From the NCBI GenBank assembly GCA_043228905.1, contig JBHGNT010000644.1, positions 1 to 18,555 of the forward strand: a stretch of DNA of 18,555 bases, given 5' to 3'. The DNA is from Azolla caroliniana. Its lineage: Eukaryota > Plantae > Polypodiophyta. Of this stretch, positions 10,206-18,555 are shown piece by piece. A program made the translations under genes and the position numbers. A model generated the notes under the pieces. The model saw only the letters and a program-made list of their open reading frames with translations, searched no databases and was not told the DNA's origin. Within the stretch, counting starts at the first letter, position 1. Every line of letters begins with the position of its first letter.

Positions 10206-10265
10206 GTCCAGCCAAAATCGGAGCCATTTGGTTGGACCAACCAAAGCATATATAACTTGTTCCGA
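10193..10265 (+). promoter_or_regulatory. Predicted -1 ribosomal frameshift signal (slippery site plus pseudoknot)
   Basis: G TTA AAC, 6-nt spacer, stem 10206-10216/10227-10237, loop 10218-10224 complementary to 10259-10265. pol is in the -1 frame relative to gag. Confidence 0.75.
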
Positions 10266-13200
10266 GCTTAGGTTCCATTTCATTGAACTAAGTCAGTGAA
10301 GTTTTCACAGCGCAAGTTCAACTCAACACATCAAGATGTCATCAAGTTTTTGCATCTGCGCTCTTGGATTCAGGAGCCCACTCATGTTTCATGGATCGGG
10401 ATTTTGCCACAACACAAGAAATTCTACTCTATAAACTTCCTCGTCCAACATCAGTAGCAGTAATTGATGGACATTCTATTGCATCAGGAGATATTACTGA
10501 AGAATCAGAGCCTATTCGTGTAGTTCTTGGTAATTTAGCTACTGCAATATCTTTTAATATCATAAGCAGTCCCGAACATCCAATTGTTCTTGGGTTGCCG
10601 TAGTTTGAACTTCATAATCCAAAGATTGATTGGAAGAAGCGGGAAATCATAGACTCACGAGACAACACTTTAAGGCTCATCACCACATCAACCTCAAAGC
10701 TAACACCAAGACATATATCAACTATCTCTCTCAAAAGATTACATAAAGAAGCTACAATAGAAGATATGTTTGTGTTTGCAGTGGTCATAACCCCATTCTC
10801 AAACCCACAAGATTCAGAGGTCCATTTGCCATCAAAGTATGAAGAATTTTCCAATGTGTTTGATAAGGTAAAGGCCACAACACTTCCTGATCATCGCCCA
10901 TATGATTGTCCCATTGATTTGCATGCTGAGAAGGAACCACCATGGGGACCAATTTATAACCTTTCGCCGTCAGAATTGAAAGTTCTTCGAGAATATATTG
11001 ATGAGAATCTTGCAAATGGCTTTATTCGACATTCCTGAACTCCTGCTGGCACTCCTATTTTTTTTGTTAAGAAGAAAGATGGCTCTTTACGTTTGGTCGT
11101 AGACTATCGAGGCTTGAACAAGGTTATGATTCGAAATCGATATGCTCTACCATTGATTCCAAATCTCTTGGAACGTCTCAATGGGGCCAAATACTTCACA
11201 AGGCTAGACTTACAAGGAGCTTACAACCTTGTTCGTATTCGACCTGGTGATGAATGGAAAATTGCTTTTCGCACACGATATGGTCACTTTGAGTACACAG
11301 TAATGCCATTCGGGCTTACAAATGCTCCATCAGTTTTCCAACATATGGCAGATGATATCTTTCGAGATTTCCTCAATATCTTCATGATAATTTACTTGGA
11401 TGACATACTAATCTACTCAAAGACACAAGAGGAGCATAATAATCATGTCCGACAAGTTCTACAACGATTACGGGAATTTGGTCTTTATGCCAAACTAGAG
11501 AAGTGTTGCTTTGACCGCAATCAAGTCGAGTTTCTAGGGTATATGGTCTCTCCAGAAGGTATTTTTATGGATCCAAAGAAAGTACAAACAATTCTAGATT
11601 GGAAGACACCAGGCTCAGTTCGTGATCTACAATGTTTCTTGGGATTTGCGAATTTCTACCGCAAATTCATCAAGAGTTACTCAAAAGTTGTTTTGCCCCT
11701 CACGGAACTAACACAGAAGAACCGACCATTTGTATGGACATCAAGCGCAGCTGATGCATTTGATAGCTTGAAGCAAGCATTTACATCTGCTCCCATTTTG
11801 GTCCACGTTGACCTTAAAAAGCCGTTTATCATAGAAGCGGATGCATCTGATTTTGCACTAGGAAGTGTTCTATCGCAAGTAGCGGATGATGAGAAATTAC
11901 ATCCAGTTGCATTTCTTTCAAGAAAGTTTGAACCTACAGAAATCAATTATGAAATCCATGACAAAGAATTGTTGGCAATTGTTGATTCTTTTGAACAATG
12001 GCGTCACTTCTTGGAAGGTTCTCCCCACCAAATTATTGTTTACAACGATCATAAAAACCTCACATACTTTCAAAATGCTCGAGTTCTAAATCGACGGCAA
12101 GCTCGGTGGGCACAATTTCTAACAGGGTTGTATTTTGTGATAACATATCGACCAGGAACACAACAAGGTAAAGTTGACGCCTTATCAAGAAGCTCTTATT
12201 TTGCACCAAAACCGGGGGACCCAACTTACGACAATCAAGAACAAGTCCTTTTGAGCCCTAGTCGTCTACGATTAATGGTGACAAATGTTGTTGAGATAAC
12301 TTTGGATTCAAAATTTCTTGATTCTATTCGCTCGAGCATTGGTTCAGATGATTTTGCACAAGATATTTTAGACCACATTGTTCCAGATTGTGCTTCTTGT
12401 TCATGCTCCAAGTCTTCTCGCATGGATTATGGGAACTTCAGTTGGCATGATGGATTGCTTTTTCGAAACAACCGTACTTATATTCCCGATGGACCTTTTG
12501 GACTTTAAGTCTTGCATCACTGCCATGATTCACCGTTAGCTGGACATTTCGGAGTTTTGAAAACATTAGAGCTAATTACCCGAAACTATTGGTGGCCTCA
12601 GGTTCGTCAATTTGTCATAGACTATGTTTCTACTTGTGATGTATGTTGTCGATCAAAGATGCCTCGACATCGGCCATATGGTTTGTTGCACCCATTGCCC
12701 ATTCCAGATGGTCCGTGGAAATCCATTTCTATCTATTTCATCACAGATCTCCCATCTTCCCAAGGCTATGATGCAATTCTTACAGTGGTGGATCGCTTTA
12801 CGAAAATGGCATATTTTCTTCCATTTAGAAAAACTTTTACTAGTCAAGAATTGACAAGTCTTGTTATGCGAGAAGTTTTCAAGCACCATGGCCTTCCAGA
12901 TGAAATCATTAGTGATTGTGGACCACAATTTATTGCAAAGTTTTGGACACACTTACTTGAGAGCCTTGGAATTTCTTGTAAACTATCTTCAAGCTACCAT
13001 CCTCAAACCGATGGGCAAACGGAACGCACAAATCAAACATTAGAACAATATCTCCGTTGCTTTATCAACTATCAACAAGATGATTGGATGGATTTCTTAC
13101 ATATGGCAGAATTTGCTTACATCCATTCTTCTACGGGACTCACTCCGTTCTTTGCAAACACAGGATATCATCCTCGATGAATGATGCTCGAATGTCCAAA

Positions 13201-13817
13201 AGTCTCAAAAAATCCCACGGTCAAAGATCGTCTAGAAAAACTCAAAGAAATTCAAACCAACCTTTCTCACAATTTGCTTCATGCTCACGCCAAGTACAAG
13301 AAGGTGGCGGATAAACATCGCTTAGATTCTTCACTTGAAGACCCTAAGTTTAAAGTTGGTGATCGTGTCTGCTTATTGCGTCGCAATGTGAAAACTACTT
13401 GACCAAGTGCCAAATTGGATTTCCAACGTCTAGGTCCATTTGTAATCTCTCATCAAGTCAACAATGTTGCATTTCGTCTGGACCTACCTTCACATATGCG
13501 TTTTCATCCAATATTTCATGTTTCATTATTAGAACCATGGACATCAAGTTCTATTCCAAATCGGGTTATCCCACCACCACCTCCGGTTCAACTTGCTGAA
13601 GGACATGAATATGAAGTAGAAGCTATTTTGGACTCTAAGGTCATCCGCAATAAGTTATATTATCTAGTAGATTGGCTGGGATACACGCCTGCGGATCAGA
13701 CATGGGAACTTGCAATGAACGTCACTAATGCCTGTGAACTTATACAAGAGTTTCATCTTCGTTATCCCCATAAACCAAAACCTAGTTCATGCATTGCGAC
13801 TCATGGAACTCGTCGTC

Positions 13818-13828
13818 AAAGGAGGGGA
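13818..13828 (+). promoter_or_regulatory. Polypurine tract of B
   Basis: AAAGGAGGGGA, 3 nt before the 3' LTR. Confidence 0.9.
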
Positions 13829-13831
13829 TGC

Positions 13832-14246
13832 TGTCACAAAATGTGAATATCAAGGTTCGAACTTGTGACCTTCGAACAATGGTCTTACACTTCAGCCATT
13901 GCACCAACTCATTTTCATTAATAAATACATTTTCATATTATTATTATTCAAGAACTCTAAAGTACTAGACACATTAAATGACCGCCAAATGGCATGCACC
14001 CTGTACACCAAGTGGCGCACAGCATGTATGCCAAATGGCGATCATGCACATTCTGATGTACAATATATAAGTCGAAGATCTGCTTAGTGTTGAACCATTC
14101 CGGTTCAACACCAGTCTTCAGCAACCTTGTAATCTCGGTTTCCGGTAATAGAAATTCTTGTATTTTTGTCTTGTAAACGTCTTCTCGTTTGTTATTATCT
14201 TCTTTTCTTCCAAATCGACCTTGTCTTCGAAGATTGGGTCGCGACA
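13832..14246 (+). repeat. Chromovirus B 3' LTR (415 bp)
   Basis: TGTCAC...GCGACA followed by TSD ACTTG. Confidence 0.95.
13851..13906 (-). promoter_or_regulatory. tRNA-like Pol III A-box/B-box module, antisense in B's LTR
   Basis: Minus strand TGGTGCAATGG ... AAGGTCACAAG TTCGAAC CTTG, with a T-arm-like CAAG/CTTG stem. T8-to-G53 spacing is 44 nt. Confidence 0.6.
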
Positions 14247-14251
14247 ACTTG

Positions 14252-15027
14252 TTCTGAAGTGTCCTCTTTCCTTTTGGCAACTCTGTTAGTTTGTATCTGT
14301 GGTTCTCATGAAGGGAATCCATCTAGTCCTACATGGCACTCAACCACTTGCCGTTGTGGGTGTCTTTCTTTGCTTCTTCGAAGTTTTCTGGCTCCCCCTC
14401 ATCGTTCATCAATACGTGCTCTGCATCCGGAAATCTCTCGGGAGCTCTTCTCTCTTTGAGAGGGTATCTCCATCCTTGTTCTTCAATTACCAGTTCCTCC
14501 GTTTGTTCTTCATCCGAATATGATTCAGGATCTTGTCCGTTTTCGGTGTCTTCTTCTTCTTCTTCTTCTTCTTCTTTGGTCGGTTTGGTTTCTTGTCTGA
14601 ATCCGTCCGGTTCGTGGAGTGTCATCCAGTTACCAGTTAACATCCGGTTTCCGACCGGGTAAGTCCTTGTGTCCTTCAACTAATCTTTGTTTGTCGGCCC
14701 GGACTGCACTATCTTCCTCTTTGACTCCCGGTCGGCAATAGTCTTGTCTTCAACGAAGACTATGTCTCGACTCCTGAAGACCTTCTTGTCGACCAAGTCC
14801 CACACACAGTAGCCAAACTCATCATCGCCATATCCGAGGAATATGCATGGCCTGGACTTTGGATCCAAGTTTTCTCTCTTGTCCTTTGCAACATGCACAT
14901 AAGTGAGCCACCCGAACACCTTCAGATGCCGGTAAGACACGTCTTTACTGGTCCATACTCTCTGTGGTGTGTCTCCTTCCAAGGGTGCGAAGGGTGATCT
15001 ATTAATCACGTACGTCACTGTCATCAG
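14252..15027 (-). pseudogene. pol: Copia A integrase C-terminus, acidic linker and RT start
   Basis: TVTYVINRSP, HLKVFG, LDPKSRPCIFLGY, FGYCVWD, RSRDIVF, EPENFEEA and WLSAM. The (TTC)n at about 14549-14575 encodes poly-Glu. Confidence 0.92.
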
Positions 15028-15520
15028 CCCCCTCCCCCTTACTACTATTTTATATCTCACTCATTCCTTTTCTCTCTCTCTCTCTCTCTCTCCCTTTTTT
15101 CTCCCTTCCCCCTCCCCTATACCTCTCACTACCTTTTTCTACTCCCTCTTTTCCCTCAAACCTTCTCCCCACCACCTCTTACTAACTTCCTTTTTCTTTT
15201 CCTTCCTTTCCCTTCTTATTCCCTTCTTTTCTTTTCACTTTCTCACCATCTTATGTTTACGTACTTATAATTACATACCCTATCACTCATTCATTTCCCC
15301 TTATCACCCTATATCACTCACTCATATGTCTTATCACCCTATCAATCTTCCTATCACCAACTCATTTTCCCCTTTATCACCACCCCCTCTATCATCAAGA
15401 TCTTCCACCTTAAATCCTTACAGCCCTCCATCTATTTACACTCTTATTACACCCCACTCCCTCTTTCCCCTCCCTTTACCATTCTCAACATCCTATATAA
15501 ACCACCTTTTGTATTTACAT

Positions 15521-15575
15521 GACCTTTTGCACTGATGAGCTCTAAGCGAACGAAACTAGTTTGCTACATAAGGTC
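15521..15575 (+). ncRNA. Minimal type I hammerhead ribozyme, slightly decayed
   Basis: Stem I GACCTT..GCA / TGC..AAGGTC; CTGATGA 15532-15538; stem II GCTC-TAAGC-GAAC (one mismatch); GAAA 15552-15555; palindromic stem III AACTAGTT; GTT cleavage triplet 15559-15561. Confidence 0.8.
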
Positions 15576-15596
15576 TTTCCTTTAATTTTAATCAAA

Positions 15597-15600
<4 letters not shown>

Positions 15601-15633
<33 letters not shown>
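15601..15633. repeat. (CT)16 microsatellite
   Basis: Seen directly. Other (CT)n tracts at about 15072-15092 and 16552-16579. Confidence 0.95.
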
Positions 15634-15636
<3 letters not shown>

Positions 15637-15751
15637 TCTATGCTCAGAATATCTTCTTTTCCTATGACATTATCTACCATATCACAAAGTCGCCCGCACT
15701 CCTTGCTACAACCGACCGGTTAATAACAAAAAAGGCTAGATCGTATTTTCT

Positions 15752-16275
15752 ATGGAGGGCTTATCATCGGAGTTTGGAACCCATAATAGTGATACTTCGA
15801 CTCACATCGAATCACCATTCAATGCTGAGTTCCCTCCACAACAGATGATGACTTTTGCAGCGGCTAATTCCACTACACCCACTCCTATGAAACCTAGAAG
15901 CGCCAACAAACATCCAACTAAAAGACCACAAGCTATAATAGTTTCAACTACTCCAACCCCTCCAAAAACTACTAGTACCCAAGTAATCTCCAATGAATCA
16001 CCGCTAATTTCCCAACACTTTGAAGATTATAAGTGTAGGATAATCGAAGAGTTTAAAAACCTCTATCGAAAAGCAGAAAAAGCTAAATAAACATACACTC
16101 GTATGTCAAACCTAAATTCTCAAAATATAGCCCCTCATAGCTTGAGAATCTACCCCTCTAGACTAATTATTGAGTAGGAAGATATTAATAAAAGCCTACA
16201 ACTAGGGTTTACTTCCATCACAACACAATATAGTAAAGACCTCACTAGCACATATGTTAAGCATTTAGATAGTCT
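15752..16275 (+). pseudogene. Decayed ORF downstream of the hammerhead, possibly the N-terminus of a PLE protein
   Basis: ORF 15752..16090 continues in frame past TAA (16088) and TAG (16175) up to the LTR junction. P/T/S-rich start followed by a helical-looking segment. Confidence 0.45.
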
Positions 16276-16548
16276 TGTGACAGGAACTGCACGCTCCCTA
16301 TGCGCAACGCTCAGCCACAACCGAACTTAGAATCATACACAGAAAACGGGAAATGAAAGCACGACACAATGGAGAGAGGAGTACACAGGATGTTAGCGTG
16401 GAAAACCCAAACTAGGGAAAAACCACGGCAGCCCACAGACTGCAAACTATCACTATATCAGAATGTACAATAGTGAGCTCACGGAGGCAACGACCTCGTG
16501 CTCACAATCTTCGCCTCAAGCGGCGGTTACAATAGAGGCAACGACCTC

Positions 16549-16582
<34 letters not shown>

Positions 16583-16968
16583 CACTATTACACGCTCTCA
16601 AGTCTTGCACCAACAAGAATGACAACAACACTGTATTCTCTGTTTGCCCTAAGTCATATTTATACTAATATGACTTTTCGGCTATTTACAAATATAGCCC
16701 CGATGGACTCTCAGAAACATATTTACAAATATGTCCCTTCATCTGGTGATCACTCTTCACCGGGCCTGCATCATCCGGTGCTTGCCGGGCACTCATCATC
16801 CGGTTCTCACCGGATCATCCGTAGTCGGGTACTCCTCATCCGGTTCTCACCGGGTCTTCATCATCCGGTTCTCACCGGGTCATCCGTAGCCGCGTACTCC
16901 TCATCCGGTTTCCTGTTCTTCAGCACTGTTCTTCTCACTTCGCATCCAAAGGGACTTGTTTCCTAACA
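16276..16968 (-). repeat. 3' LTR of Copia E
   Basis: TGTGAC at 16276 (inferred edge) and ...CCTAACA at 16968 next to the PPT (minus TGAAGGGGGAGTT). Motifs shared with A's LTR. Confidence 0.82.
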
Positions 16969-16978
16969 AACTCCCCCT

Positions 16979-18555
16979 TCACTCCGGCATGGGATGTCTT
17001 ACTAGTCCGACCCGCTTTCGACATGCATCCAGCTTGTCAGGTGTCAGTACTTTGGTGAGCATATCTGACCCGTTCTCGGCCGTGTGGATCTTCGTCAGTG
17101 CGAACTCCTGGTCATCTACTCTTTCTCGGATCCAGTGATACCTACGTTGGATATGCTTCGTCCGGGAATGGTAGGCCGCATTCTTAGCAAGGTGGATGGC
17201 ACTTTGACTATAGCAATAGAGCGGGTATTCATCTTGCCGGATACCGAGCTCTCCGATGAAGTCCTTCATCCATAATATTTCCTTGCCGGCTTCCACAGCC
17301 GCCATGTACTCCGCCTCCGTGGTTGACAACGCAACCGTCTTCTGCAGTCTCGACTGCCACGAAACATCTCCCCCTGCATATGTCATTACGTACCTAGATG
17401 TAGACCAGCTCGTATCCACATCAGCTGACATGTCCAAGTCGGTAAAACCGTCAAGTTGACGTTTACCGGAGCCGAATCGGAGACACATGTTCGAAGTGCC
17501 CTTTAAGTAACGGAGTATCCATTTGACCGCGTTCCAGTGCTCCCTACCGGGATTGCTCATAAACCGGCTCACCACTCCGACTGCGTATCCTATATCCGGT
17601 CGGGTACAAACCACTACGTACATTAAGCCCCCGACGGGAGAGGCATATGGAACCTTCATCATATCTGCCTTATCTATTTTCGTCTTCGGGCTTTGCCTAC
17701 CGGATAATCTGCAGTTTGCCAAGAGTGTCGATCTGACCGGTTTCGCATCTGACATGTTGAACCGGTGAAGCACCTTTGTCACGTACTTCTCCTGTGATAG
17801 CCACAAATGCTTCACTGACCGGTTCCGGATAATATGCATCCCCAACATCTGTCTTGCCGGACCCAAGACTTTCATTGAGAAGGTCCGGTTGAGAGCCTTC
17901 TTCAGCATCCGTATTTTGGCTTGGTCCCGTCCGACGATCAACATGTCGACCACGTACAGAAGGAGTATCAGGAAGTCGCCTCCTTCGAACTTCTTCACAA
18001 ACACGCAATGATCGGCCTGCGTTTTGTGGTACCCTTGATCGGTCATGAAGGAGTCGAACTTCCGGTACCATTGTCGGGGAGCCTGCTTCAGTCCGTAGAG
18101 GCTCTTCTTCAACCGGCAAACCAGGTGCTCCTTCCCTTTCTCCGTGAATCCTTCTGGTTGCTGCATGTAGATCTCCTCTTCGAGGTCACCGTGACGAAAT
18201 GCCGTCTTCACATCTAGTTGCTCTACCTCGAGGTCCATGCTTGCCACTATACTCAACACCGTCTGGATGGAGGTCATCTTTACTACCGGGGCAAATATCT
18301 CGTCGAAGTCCACGCCCTTCTTCTGTTGGAATCCCTTCACCATGATCCTGGCTTTGTATCTCAGGGGGTTGTCGGCATCTCCCGGTTTCAACTTGTACAC
18401 CCACTTGTTTTGGAGTGCCCGCTTTCCTTTCGGCAACTCCATCAATTTGTACGTATGGTTCTCATGTAGGGAATCCATCTCATCCTGCATGGCACTTAAC
18501 CATTTTCGGCTGTGGGTGTCATCCTTCGCTTCTTCGAAGCTTTCTGGCTCTCCCT
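16979..18555 (-). pseudogene. pol: Copia E RT/RNase H, frame open to the window edge but with catalytic substitutions
   Basis: 503-aa ORF with [31 protein letters not shown] and RTKHI. RT YVDD reads YVVD, and RNase H YCDSQS reads YCYSQS. Confidence 0.92.

Larger units (their letters stand above)
10193..13846 (+). pseudogene. pol: Chromovirus B pol (protease, RT, RNase H, integrase, chromodomain): one frame with 7 premature stops
   Basis: LLDSGA, VDYRGLN, MPFGLTNAP, YLDD, EADASD, HDKELLAI, HDSPLAGHFG..CDVC, YHPQTDGQTER and chromodomain YEVEAILDSK..YLVDWLGY..TWE. Confidence 0.95.
2514..14246 (+). mobile_element. Ty3/Gypsy chromovirus B (Tcn1-like), full length but decayed
   Basis: TGTCAC...GCGACA termini, TSD ACTTG (2509-2513 and 14247-14251), two 415-bp LTRs, domain order gag-PR-RT-RH-INT-chromodomain. 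The Tcn1 lineage is inferred from the chromodomain and lack of a tRNA PBS. Confidence 0.95.
544..15027 (-). mobile_element. Ty1/Copia LTR retrotransposon A (3' LTR, RT/RNase H, part of integrase), split by chromovirus B; 5' part not seen
   Basis: Removing 2514-14251 restores KGKRTLQNKWVYKLKPG. PPT and LTR at the left end. Integrase similarity stops at about 15027. Confidence 0.92.
15028..16275 (+). mobile_element. Putative Penelope-like element fragment (pyrimidine-rich pseudo-LTR, TATA, hammerhead, ORF N-terminus)
   Basis: Abrupt compositional change at about 15028, no TG..CA termini, TATATAAA at 15494-15501, minimal type I hammerhead, decayed ORF. No RT or GIY-YIG domain is visible, so the class is inferred. 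Confidence 0.55.
16276..18555 (-). mobile_element. Ty1/Copia element E (relative of A), 3' part; continues beyond the window
   Basis: 3' LTR, PPT (16969-16981) and RT/RNase H ORF. Confidence 0.93.

Noticed and set aside
13606-13770. Captured host chromodomain gene
   Set aside because: In frame with integrase, the normal chromovirus arrangement.
14969-15535. 188-aa hydrophobic S/L/F/P-rich ORF
   Set aside because: A by-product of C/T-rich low complexity that crosses an element junction.
16757-16910. CRISPR-like array
   Set aside because: Irregular spacing, repeated intervening sequences, inside an LTR and in a eukaryotic context.
16463-16966. 167-aa ORF in E's LTR
   Set aside because: Made of microsatellite and tandem-repeat sequence with no recognisable domain.
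544-16968. A and E LTRs as the two ends of one element
   Set aside because: Both abut a PPT, so both are 3' LTRs, and they are far too divergent.

Overview
Eukaryotic heterochromatin-type DNA made entirely of nested, decayed retroelements. No host gene, rRNA, intact tRNA or CRISPR array was found. The host is probably a land plant; a non-seed plant such as a fern or lycophyte is inferred from a Tcn1-like chromovirus alongside plant-type iMet-primed Copia. Nesting read from TSDs and junctions: Copia F (RNase H fragment, 25-543, +) is interrupted by Copia A (544-15027, -). A holds chromovirus B (2514-14246, +, TSD ACTTG). B's 5' LTR holds Copia C (2538-8685, +, TSD CAAGG), and C's RNase H holds a chromovirus solo LTR D (6840-7304, -, TSD GCAAC). 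A's integrase is cut at about 15028 by a segment with a TATA box, a minimal type I hammerhead ribozyme (15521-15575) and a decayed ORF, which looks Penelope-like. That segment is cut at 16276 by Copia E (-), which runs off the window. The most notable signals are non-coding: the hammerhead; an antisense tRNA-like Pol III A-box/B-box module at the U3 edge of both chromovirus LTR families; Tf1-type self-priming in B; a -1 frameshift pseudoknot in B; and an LTR-age paradox between C and its host B. All alignments and counts were done by eye.
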